A DNA stretch of 64,000 bases. It comes from Cyanobacteria bacterium P01_D01_bin.156 (GTDB lineage Bacteria; Cyanobacteriota; Cyanobacteriia; Phormidesmidales; Phormidesmidaceae). The first letter of the stretch is position 1. Every line of letters begins with the position of its first letter. A model generated the notes under the pieces. The model was not told the origin of the DNA. It did not search any database and saw only the letters and a program-made list of their open reading frames with translations. Of the stretch, positions 20,978 through 30,787 are shown piece by piece. The stretch spans positions 84,491-148,490 of the forward strand of contig JBCCQQ010000007.1 in the NCBI GenBank assembly GCA_039024555.1, given 5' to 3'. The position numbers and the translations under genes were made by a program.

Positions 20978-21508
20978 ATGGTTACCCAAATTGGGGCACT
21001 AGTTGGCAGATTGGCTGGCTGGCGATGTTGGCAAAAGCAGCTGAATCGTTTATTGCCTATCCTCAATGGCGTGGGGCTAGTTCTGCTATGTAGCCAACCT
21101 GGATGGAGCCATGGTGCGATCGCAAAAATTACCCATCAGTTTACGATTGAAGCAAGCTATACCTCTGGTGAGCCTATGTCCCAGGCCCAGGTGGTTGTTT
21201 ATAGTCCTGGTGATCTCCAGACTCCATGGACAACAGGACAAACTGATCAACAGGGTAAGTTTGAATTTAATCCAGACATCGCAGGTAACTGGGAAGTAGT
21301 AGTGCGCCAAGCGGGTCACGGCACGACTGTAAATGTCCCCGTAGGCGCTGTCCAAACACTAGCTGACCAGACCGCTACTCCAGGCACTGCCAACATAACC
21401 AATTCTATTTCTGCCAGTCCACTACAGCGTTGGGCTAGTGCCGGGGCTGGCCTGTGGGGCCTAGTGGGTACCGTTCTATTTTTCTCACGAGGTAAACAGT
21501 CGTCCTAG
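20978..21508 (+). CDS. Periplasmic membrane-anchored accessory subunit of the Ni/Co ECF transporter (CbiL/NikL-like, carboxypeptidase-regulatory-like fold)
   Basis: Signal peptide ending before HG, motif GEPMSQAQVVVYSP...GQTDQQGKFEF...GHG, and a C-terminal TM helix. Its stop overlaps the cbiM start. Confidence 0.7.
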   Translation: MVTQIGALVGRLAGWRCWQKQLNRLLPILNGVGLVLLCSQPGWSHGAIAKITHQFTIEASYTSGEPMSQAQVVVYSPGDLQTPWTTGQTDQQGKFEFNPDIAGNWEVVVRQAGHGTTVNVPVGAVQTLADQTATPGTANITNSISASPLQRWASAGAGLWGLVGTVLFFSRGKQSS

Positions 21509-22212
21509 TGCATATCCCAGATGGTTTTGTACCTCCCCAGCTTTGCATCATTGGCTACGGCGTTAGCGGATTGCTTACCTGGCAGTGTTTACGGCAGATC
21601 AAGCGACAGTCTGATCCTAGACTGCAACTGCCTAAAGCCTCCTTACTAACAGCCGCATTTTTTGTGGCCTCTTCCATTCAAATTCCGTTGCCTCCCATGA
21701 GCCTACACTTGGTGCTCAGCGGATTGTTGGGTGTGGTTCTTGGTTATTACTCGTTTTTAGCCATTTCAATTGGTCTCTTTTTTCAGGCACTATTTTTGGG
21801 GCACGGCGGGTTTTCCACCCTGGGAGTCAACGCCATTATCATTGGCGTTCCAGCCCTATTAGGGTATGGGATCTTTCAGCTACGCCACTGGTTACCACTA
21901 AAGTCATCCTGGCGTCTAGGCGTCAGCGGTTTCCTAGCAGGAATGATGGGAATGGCCTTAGCAGTTACCCTGTTTATCAGTCTGCTTATTTTTACCGTGC
22001 CTGTTGGGTTTGATGTAGCTACCGAGCGCGCCGCCCTGTTCGCCTTAGGCATTGCCCATGTTCCCTTGATTATTGTTGAGGGCGTATTTACTGCCCTGCT
22101 GGTGACATTTTTACGACGTACAAAACCAGAGCTTTTGGGGATGCAACTTGTTCCTCAGCAGCCATTGACCTCCCATCAGGGTAGTTCATCGGGAGAACAA
22201 CTATGCGACTAA
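21508..22212 (+). CDS. cbiM: ECF Co/Ni transporter S component CbiM/NikM
   Basis: N-terminal MHIPDG metal-binding motif (GTG start), GHGGFSTLGVN and EGVFTA. Confidence 0.93.
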   Translation: MHIPDGFVPPQLCIIGYGVSGLLTWQCLRQIKRQSDPRLQLPKASLLTAAFFVASSIQIPLPPMSLHLVLSGLLGVVLGYYSFLAISIGLFFQALFLGHGGFSTLGVNAIIIGVPALLGYGIFQLRHWLPLKSSWRLGVSGFLAGMMGMALAVTLFISLLIFTVPVGFDVATERAALFALGIAHVPLIIVEGVFTALLVTFLRRTKPELLGMQLVPQQPLTSHQGSSSGEQLCD

Positions 22213-22982
22213 CCCTTGATACCTATGCCAATCTTCAGTCTCCTCTCCATCGCTGGTGGCCCCGGTCCAAAGTGGTCGGTCTTGGGCTGCTAATGGTTGG
22301 TTTTGTCAGTGTGCAGCAGGTCCATTTAGTGCTTGTGTGTTTGATGGTAACGGCTATCCTATATGGGCTTTCAGGACTGCCATGGCGATATTTGCGATCG
22401 CGACTTCGCTATCCCGGATTGTTTTTACTTGGTGTTGTGATCGCCTTACCGCTGCTATCGGGCAGCACCGTTCTTTGGCAATGGGGACCTGTCGCTATTT
22501 ATCAAGAGGGCCTATTGGCCATGGCACTGATTGCCGGACGTTTTTTGTCCATTGTTACCCTGGGGATGATTTTGCTCGGGACTACGCCCTTACTTACCTT
22601 AGTAGATGTGTTAGTTTCCCTGGGACTTCCCCCCTTAATGGCAGAAATGACCCTCTTGGCCTATCGTTACCTATTTGACATTGCCGATCAGCTCGCCTAT
22701 ATGCAACAGGCCATGAGGCTTCGGGGCTTTCAGCCCATGGGTAATCGCCAAAGCTGGCAACAACTTGCTGCCGTTACCGGCACCCTCCTTGTGCGCAGCT
22801 ATGAACAATCGGAGCGCGTGTATAAAGCAATGCGACTACGGGGCTATGGCTATCGTCACAGTCATTTGGTCCAGCTCAGTGGTTGGGGACATAAACCCGA
22901 CATAGCAGCCATCGGAATCTGCGCTAGTATAGCGACGATCTTGATCGGGCTACAGCTGTGGCCTTCTCTATTGGGTTTATGA
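22203..22982 (+). CDS. cbiQ: ECF transporter T component CbiQ
   Basis: Motifs SPLHRW, YRYLF, AMRLRGF and RSYEQSERVYKAMRLRGY. Confidence 0.92.
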   Translation: MRLTLDTYANLQSPLHRWWPRSKVVGLGLLMVGFVSVQQVHLVLVCLMVTAILYGLSGLPWRYLRSRLRYPGLFLLGVVIALPLLSGSTVLWQWGPVAIYQEGLLAMALIAGRFLSIVTLGMILLGTTPLLTLVDVLVSLGLPPLMAEMTLLAYRYLFDIADQLAYMQQAMRLRGFQPMGNRQSWQQLAAVTGTLLVRSYEQSERVYKAMRLRGYGYRHSHLVQLSGWGHKPDIAAIGICASIATILIGLQLWPSLLGL

Positions 22983-23201
22983 TGCAAAGTTGTCTTTGCA
23001 GAATCTAGAAGTAAACTGTTGTTACCGATATGTTGCCATCTGCGTAACTCAGGTTAGCGCCTATGTTTCTCTCTCAAACAACAACATTCAAAATCGTTAA
23101 AAATGGCTCACAAGGCCAACAATAATCAAAATCTATTAATTTCAAACCTGACTAAAAACACATTTACTTAACGATGATTCTTGTTCCTTAGACTAAACCC
23201 T

Positions 23202-23993
23202 ATGACGTCTTTACTACCCAAGAAAACAGTTGCAAACGTCAGCTTGCCAGCAACTGTAGCCGCCATAGCCGTTGATCATCTTTGTTTTTCCTATCCTGAT
23301 CGTTTGCGCGTACTCGATAATATCTGTTTACAGATTGCACCAGGCGAACGAGTAGGCATTATTGGCCATAATGGCTGTGGTAAAACCACCCTGTTTATGA
23401 CGTTATGTGGGGCGTTAACTCCCACATCTGGCACCCTGCGTTTAATGGATAAACCGGTGATGCCTAATGGGTTTAACCCTCAAATTGGTCTGTTATTTCA
23501 AAATCCTGATAGTCAGTTATTCTCTGCTTCCGTTCGCGATGATCTCTGTTTTGGTCCGATGAATATGGATCTAAACCCTCAGCAGGTACAGGAACGGGTA
23601 GATTTAGCCATTCGGCTCACAGGGTTGCAGTCTTTGGTAGAGCGCCCCCCCCACCATCTGTCTGGGGGTGAAAAACAAATGGTGGCGATCGCGGGTATTT
23701 TAGCGATGCAGCCCCAGATTGTGCTCTATGACGAGCCCACAGCTAGCCTAGATCTTCGCAGTCGGCGTCGATTAATTACCTTTATGCAGGGCCTCCAGCA
23801 AACGATGGTGGTGGCTTCCCATGATTTAGAATTTTTGTTAGAAGTATGCGATCGCACATTCATCATGTACCAAGGCAAAATCGTTGCCGATGGTGCCCCC
23901 CAAGACATCATGGGCAACGACAAGCTGATGCGCACCTATGAGTTGGAAAAGCCTCACTCGTTGATTCCCCACGTTGTTGACCATCACCCGTAG
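23202..23993 (+). CDS. cbiO: ECF transporter ATPase CbiO
   Basis: Walker A GHNGCGKTT, FQNPD, signature LSGGEKQ and Walker B LYDEP. Confidence 0.92.
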   Translation: MTSLLPKKTVANVSLPATVAAIAVDHLCFSYPDRLRVLDNICLQIAPGERVGIIGHNGCGKTTLFMTLCGALTPTSGTLRLMDKPVMPNGFNPQIGLLFQNPDSQLFSASVRDDLCFGPMNMDLNPQQVQERVDLAIRLTGLQSLVERPPHHLSGGEKQMVAIAGILAMQPQIVLYDEPTASLDLRSRRRLITFMQGLQQTMVVASHDLEFLLEVCDRTFIMYQGKIVADGAPQDIMGNDKLMRTYELEKPHSLIPHVVDHHP

Positions 23994-24000
23994 GATAAAC

Positions 24001-24042
24001 GCTCCGTAGTAGGGGTGGGGCCGTTTACCCCTACTACGGAGC
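24001..24042. terminator. Hairpin between the convergent cbiO and hypothetical gene
   Basis: GCTCCGTAGTAGGGGT / ACCCCTACTACGGAGC 16-bp perfect stem. Confidence 0.7.
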
Positions 24043-24396
24043 CATCATATGACTCACCTGTCCATCGTGTAGCGTTTCTGCCGCAAATGTCTCTTCAAAA
24101 AAAGTTGCTGTTTTCTCTAGATCTGTTCCACCCTTGAGCCGATAAAACGCAATTGCTCGGATGAGTGCCTCATCTCGCTTAACTATCCGTACAGCTCGGG
24201 ACGCTCCCTTATCCCCCTTAAAGGGATTATCTAGCCATAGGGCATCACTCAAACCTAAAGCGGCTACTAGAGGGGTTACAGCTTCTGTTTGCAAACGTTT
24301 CGCCACATCGGCTGGCAACCCCTTCAGGGTATCTGCTTCCGTTAACTGTTTTGCTTGGGTAAGTAATGTTTGTAATCTTTCCTTATCTACGGCCAT
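24034..24396 (-). CDS. Hypothetical protein (120 aa)
   Basis: Clean ORF with protein-like helical composition filling an intergenic gap; no family recognised. Confidence 0.65.
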   Translation of the reverse strand: MAVDKERLQTLLTQAKQLTEADTLKGLPADVAKRLQTEAVTPLVAALGLSDALWLDNPFKGDKGASRAVRIVKRDEALIRAIAFYRLKGGTDLEKTATFFEETFAAETLHDGQVSHMMAP

Positions 24397-24575
24397 TACC
24401 TAGGAAACCACCTAAATACAAATACTTCACTCTAAAGTCTAGTTCAGATTGCAATACCCTAGCTTGACATAGGACATCTTTACTTCTCGAAAGCTTTATA
24501 CTTTAGCCGCAACCATGGGGGACGTCCGTAACGTCACTTAGTTTAATAAGCCTGGTTGTTACACTCCTTGTCACC

Positions 24576-24839
24576 ATGATCTTTTCAACAGTCTACTCAG
24601 AGCAGCATTATGCATCAGCTGTAAATGCTGCTGTTGCAGACCTACTGCTCAGCTATCGTGGCTACCAGATTGATGTCATGCGCCAACTGCCTACCTACAC
24701 TCTAGATACTCGTGCCTATGAGTTGTGGATTACAGCTTGGGATTGTAACGAAGACCGTCATGAATTTATCTATGAGCTGCATATTGGTGTGGTTAAGGGT
24801 GAACTGATTGTCCTATCTTGGATGCCCCTATCGCATTAA
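24576..24839 (+). CDS. Hypothetical protein (87 aa)
   Basis: Non-overlapping ATG-started ORF; no family recognised. Confidence 0.5.
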   Translation: MIFSTVYSEQHYASAVNAAVADLLLSYRGYQIDVMRQLPTYTLDTRAYELWITAWDCNEDRHEFIYELHIGVVKGELIVLSWMPLSH

Positions 24840-25161
24840 CCCCGTTGCCAGCACTAATTGTCTAATTAGTGTAGAAGTTTGTGTCAAACTCAATGTCGAA
24901 TTAATCAGGTGTTATAAACATTCGAGTTGCCGATACTGCAAGCTTCACAGCATATTATCTTCTAGGTTTAGTGCTCCAGCATGAGAAATATGCCATTGTT
25001 CTCCTATAGAGTGACTCAACAAGATCTACTTAGGCGATAAGGCAGCTCCCTATTGTTGATTGGGAGAAACTATTTTTTACAAAATTTCTTGGTGAGTAAA
25101 TGGGAAGTTAAAGTTCCACACACTGGGGATAAAGAATCAGAACTTTAAAGGGAATAAAAGC

Positions 25162-25204
25162 TTAATAGCGAGCCAGTGAAAAACAGTCACTGGCTCGCTA
25201 TTAA
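25162..25204 (-). terminator. Terminator hairpin downstream of pgi
   Basis: TTAATAGCGAGCCAGTGA / TCACTGGCTCGCTATTAA 18-bp perfect stem. Confidence 0.75.
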
Positions 25205-25228
25205 TTACCTATGTCGATGCAGTGGCTT

Positions 25229-26815
25229 TTACCGAGCCATTACTTGCATTGTGCTTGGGTTACCTATACTCCCATCGATTGTAACTAGACGACCATTGGC
25301 ATCTAGGTGACGCACAATTTTGTAGATGTCTTCAACCGCATCAGGGCGACCGACTTTATCAGCAACTTCTAGCAGAGTAAGGGAACCACCGGTCTTGCTG
25401 AGTACATCGATCACCATATTTTGTAAATTGAGAATACTCGCTGCAGCTTTCTTTCCCGCTTCCACTCCTGGCTGGTGATAAGCATTGATATTGACAACAG
25501 CGGCATACAAACTAACCGCCCGTTCATACAAAGCAATCAACGCACCAACTATGGTAGGCGTTACTTCAGGAATGGTAATAGTAATCGACTGACGATTGTT
25601 CTCAAACAGAGCCTTACGAGTCCCTAGTAAAAATCCAGAAAGATAATCACCGGAGGTTACCCCTGGATCGATTTCTGTAGAACTTCCTTCACGATCTTTT
25701 AAGACTTCAATTAGGGTCACAAAGAAGTTGTTTACCCCTTCCCGCAGCTGTTGCACATAGGCATGTTGATCAGTAGAGCCTTTGTTGCCATAGACCGCGA
25801 TTCCTTGGAATACCTTATTGCCATCCAGGTCGGTTTCTTTACCCAAGGACTCCATAATCAGCTGTTGCAAATAACGGCTAAACAACAGCAAGCTGTCCTT
25901 GTAGGGCAAAATCACCATGTCTTTTTCACCCTTACCATTGCCCGTATGATGCCAGGCAAGGGCTAACAAAGCTGCTGGATTATTCTTTAGGTCCGGCACC
26001 CGTGTAGCCGCATCCATTTTTTTTGCACCCGTCAAAATAGCATGAATATCAATACCTTGTAACGCTGCAGGTAATAACCCCACTGACGATAACTCTGAGG
26101 TTCGTCCACCTACCCAATCCTGCATTGGAAACATGGCTAACCAGTTATCGGCTTTGGCAACCTTATCTAGCTTGCTACCTCGTCCTGTAGTGGCAACTGC
26201 ATATTTAGAAAAGTCCAGCCCTCGTTTTTCGTAAGCCGCTTTTACTTCTAGCATGCCGTTGCGAGTTTCTGGTGTGCCACCGGACTTGGAAATCACCAGC
26301 ACTAAAGTAGTTTTAAGTCGATCCCCAAGCTTAGCCAGGGTTTTATCGACACCATCGGGATCCGTATTATCAATAAAGCTAATGCTCAAGGGTGGATTGA
26401 CGGGGCCAATGGCTTCAGCAACAAACTCAGGCCCCAGGGCCGAGCCACCAATACCGATGGATAGAATATCAGTGAATCTTTTTTCCCCTGGTGGCGTAAT
26501 CGCGGCTGAGTGAATCTGCTGGGTAAAAGTTTCTATATCTCGTAGGGTATTAACAATTTCGCTACGGAGTTCGTCATTGGGCGCCAAGTCTGGATCCCTT
26601 AGCCAGTAGTGGCCCACCATACGATTTTCGTCTGGGTTTGCGATCGCCCCCTTTTCAAGAGCATCGATTGATTCAAACGCCTTTTCAAATCGTGGTGTCA
26701 TTTCGGCCACAAAGGCATCATCAAATGTGATTCGACTAACATCCAAGTAAAGCCCCAATGCTTCGTCGTAATACAGCCAATCTTGGTACCGTTGCCACAG
26801 CGCAGTAGCATCCAT
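25229..26815 (-). CDS. pgi: Glucose-6-phosphate isomerase
   Basis: Motifs [37 protein letters not shown] and QPGVEAGK. Confidence 0.97.
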   Translation of the reverse strand: MDATALWQRYQDWLYYDEALGLYLDVSRITFDDAFVAEMTPRFEKAFESIDALEKGAIANPDENRMVGHYWLRDPDLAPNDELRSEIVNTLRDIETFTQQIHSAAITPPGEKRFTDILSIGIGGSALGPEFVAEAIGPVNPPLSISFIDNTDPDGVDKTLAKLGDRLKTTLVLVISKSGGTPETRNGMLEVKAAYEKRGLDFSKYAVATTGRGSKLDKVAKADNWLAMFPMQDWVGGRTSELSSVGLLPAALQGIDIHAILTGAKKMDAATRVPDLKNNPAALLALAWHHTGNGKGEKDMVILPYKDSLLLFSRYLQQLIMESLGKETDLDGNKVFQGIAVYGNKGSTDQHAYVQQLREGVNNFFVTLIEVLKDREGSSTEIDPGVTSGDYLSGFLLGTRKALFENNRQSITITIPEVTPTIVGALIALYERAVSLYAAVVNINAYHQPGVEAGKKAAASILNLQNMVIDVLSKTGGSLTLLEVADKVGRPDAVEDIYKIVRHLDANGRLVTIDGSIGNPSTMQVMAR

Positions 26816-27101
26816 AGTCACTTCTCCGGGGCTAGCTATTTTTCTTTAGTTAAAACATAACTCTAATGTATCGACTGTTAGTGTAGTGACCATTCCCCTC
26901 AGGTCGTCGAAAAATCTTGAAGGATTTCATGATTCGTAGTGGAAACATAACTGCCGTATTTGATTACTTAGACGAAGGGATCTTCATCAGGCACACATTT
27001 CCCATCACTTCCTGAGTAAAATGTAGGCATCGTCACACTTTTGATGACTGTTGCCCATTCATTAATTTGTCCAAACCCTGTCAGGAGTCTCTTAGCTTTT
27101 T

Positions 27102-28079
27102 ATGGATTTAGTTACCCTCCAAGGACTGCTGGATAACGTTTCCTTTGCTGTACTGTTTGTGACCATGTTGGTCTACTGGAGCAGTCTGGCCTTTTCTAGT
27201 GTTAACTGGCTAAAAATTGGCGGTGCAACGGGCATGGCTATCGCTAACCTCTGCATTGCAGCGCTACTCATTGCTCGTTGGATTGAAGGGGGCTATTTTC
27301 CCCTTAGTAATCTCTACGAATCCCTATTTTTTATTGCCTGGGGCATAACGGCAATGCATTTTATTGCCGAGCGCATGAGCAACAGTCTTTGGGTAGGAGC
27401 GGTAACGTCCCTTGCTGCTATGGGGATCACGGCTTTTGCTACCCTCACATTGCCGGGTAATATGCAGCATTCTGAGCCCTTGGTGCCTGCCCTCAAGTCA
27501 AACTGGTTAATGATGCATGTGAGTGTGATGTTGCTGAGCTACTCTGCTCTGATGGTAGGCTCCCTAGTGGCGATCGCATTTTTAGTGGTTACTCGGGGTC
27601 AAGCCATCGAGCTTAAGGGAAGCTCTGTAGGTACTGGCGGGTTCCGAGATCGCAAGTACACCCTCAAACGCAGCAATGAAGTCACTAGTTCAGAACCGGT
27701 CATGGCAGGGGGGACAGCCGTGCTAGAAAAAACGGCACCTGCCCTATCGATGCAGCGTCTTACCCTGGCTGACACTTTGGACAACATTAGCTACCGCATC
27801 ATCGGGTTGGGGTTTCCGCTGCTGACTATTGGGATCATTTCCGGTGGCGTCTGGGCCAATGAAGCCTGGGGCTCCTACTGGAGTTGGGATCCTAAAGAAA
27901 CCTGGGCCTTGATTACCTGGCTTGTTTTTGCCGCTTATCTCCATTCCCGTATTACCAAGGGCTGGCAAGGTCGTAAACCCGCCTTCATCGCCGCTTCTGG
28001 TTTTGTTGTGGTGTGGATTTGCTACCTAGGTGTGAACTTACTGGGTAAAGGCTTACACAGCTACGGTTGGTTTTTCTAA
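27102..28079 (+). CDS. ccsA: Cytochrome c biogenesis protein CcsA (system II; also called CcsB)
   Basis: Motifs [38 protein letters not shown] (WWD domain) and GLHSYG. Confidence 0.96.
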   Translation: MDLVTLQGLLDNVSFAVLFVTMLVYWSSLAFSSVNWLKIGGATGMAIANLCIAALLIARWIEGGYFPLSNLYESLFFIAWGITAMHFIAERMSNSLWVGAVTSLAAMGITAFATLTLPGNMQHSEPLVPALKSNWLMMHVSVMLLSYSALMVGSLVAIAFLVVTRGQAIELKGSSVGTGGFRDRKYTLKRSNEVTSSEPVMAGGTAVLEKTAPALSMQRLTLADTLDNISYRIIGLGFPLLTIGIISGGVWANEAWGSYWSWDPKETWALITWLVFAAYLHSRITKGWQGRKPAFIAASGFVVVWICYLGVNLLGKGLHSYGWFF

Positions 28080-28091
28080 AGGGAAGGCCCG

Positions 28092-28751
28092 CTATGCAAC
28101 ACCCGCAAACAATTCCCCAAAGGGTTGCTCCTTAGTTTCTGCATTAGTCACAATTTCCACAATCTTATTCTCGGCAGCTGGCTCCTTCAAGGCAGCAATA
28201 CATACCTGCGCCACCTTTTCCCTAGGAATACTTCCCTCAAACAAGGTATCTGCCGAAGACATCACTATTGCCTCAGCATTGTTTTCGTTTTTTAAGCCCC
28301 CAGGACGGACGATTGTGTAGGTTAAACCACTGTTGACAATGTACTGCTCCGCTTGCTTTTTCCAATACAGCACCAGCCAGAATAGATTCAACGGGTGGAA
28401 AAATTTAGAGACGCATAGGGAAGACACAATCACAAAGTGTTTGACTTCCATAGACTTAGCTGTGTCGACTAGGTTTTTAGTACCGGCAAAATCTACCTGA
28501 TAAGGGCCTGTAATATCAAAGCTCGGTGCTGCTCCTGTGGCACAGATAATGGCATCGCAGTCTGCCATAGCTGATTTAAGGGTGTCCGGTTTTAAGACAT
28601 CCCCAACCACAACCTCAACGGTATCCGGGAAGTTGGCTTTTGTGCGATCGCGCACCATGGCCTTCACTGTCATATCTGTATGGTTGCTGTCCAGCTGCGT
28701 CGCAATTCTTTGGCCTGTTTGTCCAGTTGCTCCTATCACTAATACCTTCAT
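28092..28751 (-). CDS. Atypical SDR / NAD(P)H-binding oxidoreductase
   Basis: GATGQTG Rossmann motif, VSSLC...WKKQAE and YTIVRPGGL. Confidence 0.9.
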   Translation of the reverse strand: MKVLVIGATGQTGQRIATQLDSNHTDMTVKAMVRDRTKANFPDTVEVVVGDVLKPDTLKSAMADCDAIICATGAAPSFDITGPYQVDFAGTKNLVDTAKSMEVKHFVIVSSLCVSKFFHPLNLFWLVLYWKKQAEQYIVNSGLTYTIVRPGGLKNENNAEAIVMSSADTLFEGSIPREKVAQVCIAALKEPAAENKIVEIVTNAETKEQPFGELFAGVA

Positions 28752-29283
28752 CCTTGCCTCTCCCTAATGATTGATTAGATGCACTAATATTTGCCGGACC
28801 CGTTCATAAAATATAGTGCTGTTTCCCTTATCCCTACTCGGGGCGTTGGTCATCCAATACTTCTGTCAAACTGTAAACTTGACTGCACCGTAGACATCAG
28901 CACTCTGGTATCAATACTGAATGATTGAGTACTTAATAATGCCTCCATAGATTGGATTCAACCGTCAGGCTTATGAAGCCTCCTTGGGAAAAGTACGGTT
29001 TCTCAGAAAATCGACTAAACTTAATGAAAGCCAATAGTTCTTAAGCTAATAGTCACACTTAGAAAGGTTAACTTTGTAGATTTCTATATTGATATCCGTG
29101 ATTTAACGATGGTTGCTTGTTTTTTTGAATCAGTACTCTAGAAACACGGTGGATTAATTCCTGTAGCCAATCTACCTAGATCTGGAACCGATACGCTACT
29201 GCACCCTGTTCAAATACTAATCAGGCGGTAGCTGATCATTGAAATCTAATTCGTAGACTATCTTTTAGTAAGGCTTTGACTGT

Positions 29284-29958
29284 ATGAACGTGTCATCTAC
29301 GCAGTATCCTCAGCTAGGCATGTCCACACCTTTACCCAATGCCGGGTCAGACACTACTAACCCAGATGGCGAAAAAAATGTACATACCCCTGAGTCAATT
29401 ATTTTTGAGGGGTACTACGTTGGCAACATGGAAATGTACGCAGATGTAGATACTGTGGCCAAATATTTGGATTCTCACCAGGGCTGGTTTACACGCTGTG
29501 CTGCTCCAATGGATGTTCAGCCCATTGGTAGTAACGGCTATGCGATTTCCTTAGGGCGTTTTGGCAGTCTCAATTTTCAAGTTCAGCCAAAGATTGGCCT
29601 ACATCTGTTGCCCCAGAACCGAGGCGTTTATCGTATTGAAACCATTCCCGTGCCAGGGCATCATCCAGAAGGATATGATGTAGATTTTCGCGCCGCCATG
29701 TCTTTGGCTGAACGGGCAAAACAAGAGGTTCCTACTGGTCAAGCAACCCATGTGGAATGGGAGTTGAACCTCCAAACTAAAGTGCAAATGCCTAAATTTA
29801 TTCAGGCATTGCCCCAATCTCTGGTCAAATCTTCTGGGGATAAGTTACTGAATCAGATTGTGCGGCAAATTTCTCGACGCCTAACCCGTAAAGTACAGGA
29901 AGATTTTCACACTATGCTGAACTTGCCCTTACCGGGACGGAAAAATCGCCGCAGTTAA
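29284..29958 (+). CDS. DUF1997-family protein
   Basis: YLDSHQGWFTRCAAPM...IGLHLLPQ...GDKLLNQIVRQISRRLTRKVQEDFH, the cyanobacterial DUF1997 pattern. Confidence 0.85.
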   Translation: MNVSSTQYPQLGMSTPLPNAGSDTTNPDGEKNVHTPESIIFEGYYVGNMEMYADVDTVAKYLDSHQGWFTRCAAPMDVQPIGSNGYAISLGRFGSLNFQVQPKIGLHLLPQNRGVYRIETIPVPGHHPEGYDVDFRAAMSLAERAKQEVPTGQATHVEWELNLQTKVQMPKFIQALPQSLVKSSGDKLLNQIVRQISRRLTRKVQEDFHTMLNLPLPGRKNRRS

Positions 29959-29977
29959 AACGATATCGCGCGTCAGG

Positions 29978-30787
29978 CTAGAGGTTTTTTCTAAGCTTTT
30001 CAATTGGGTCTATGTAGTTGGCTATAGGCTCTTGGGCCAAGTAGCAGGCTTGGCGATCGATCTGGAGTAAATCTTCCCCCCACACCACATAGCCCAGATC
30101 AACCCCAGTACCCACATCTGGTCGCCAGTCTTTGCTAATAAACTTCTGACTACAATCAGCTACACCTCCATCGAACAGATGGCCAATGGAGAAGTAGACA
30201 TCCCGCAAAATTTCTGGCACAGATGGGCGATGGAGCTGCCCTCTAGAGTGGGCGCTGCGGGCTCGATACTTAGCCCGCGGAAACAGCCCGTACAAGTTCT
30301 TTAGCGTAGCCGATACCAGGGGCTGCTCCTTTAGGCTAGTGATTTTGAAGGCGCTGACTGAAATGCGACAATCTACTTCCTGTAATAATTTGGGAGCCCA
30401 AAGCTCTGAATAGCGCACAGGCTTAGGGGAGCAATTAGGGTAGGCAATACAGGGAAGGGTATCGGCATCCAGTAAGGTCATCCCTTCATCCAAAATCTCA
30501 TAAAGGCGATTCTTACTGGCAATTTCTGACAAAGGAAGCTTTGAACATACGCCCTCCACTATAAAAATTTCAGCGTGGGGGCTAGCCTGGCGCAACCCCC
30601 ATAAGACCTTTGATAATAGCGGCATCCCCACGGTTACCGGTGGTCCCTTAGGGTAGCCCAGATTAGGTTTGACTAATATTTTCGTTGCCCCATGGGCTGC
30701 TGCTGGCGGACTATAGATAAAGTCCGCTGTCTTTGCAGTGGTACATTGCCCATTCGCAGCCTGAATCTGAGTAGTCTGAACAACCAT
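29978..30787 (-). CDS. DUF362-domain protein
   Basis: Motifs KILVKPNLG, IVEG, ATLKNLYGL and QLH. The ATG at 30787 is preferred over the 30940 start that lies deep inside the opposite gene. Confidence 0.8.
   Translation of the reverse strand: MVVQTTQIQAANGQCTTAKTADFIYSPPAAAHGATKILVKPNLGYPKGPPVTVGMPLLSKVLWGLRQASPHAEIFIVEGVCSKLPLSEIASKNRLYEILDEGMTLLDADTLPCIAYPNCSPKPVRYSELWAPKLLQEVDCRISVSAFKITSLKEQPLVSATLKNLYGLFPRAKYRARSAHSRGQLHRPSVPEILRDVYFSIGHLFDGGVADCSQKFISKDWRPDVGTGVDLGYVVWGEDLLQIDRQACYLAQEPIANYIDPIEKLRKNL

Noticed and set aside
29224..29235. ops-like GGCGGTAG element
   Set aside because: It is an incomplete match, lies upstream of DUF1997 rather than the EPS genes, and an 8-mer can occur by chance.
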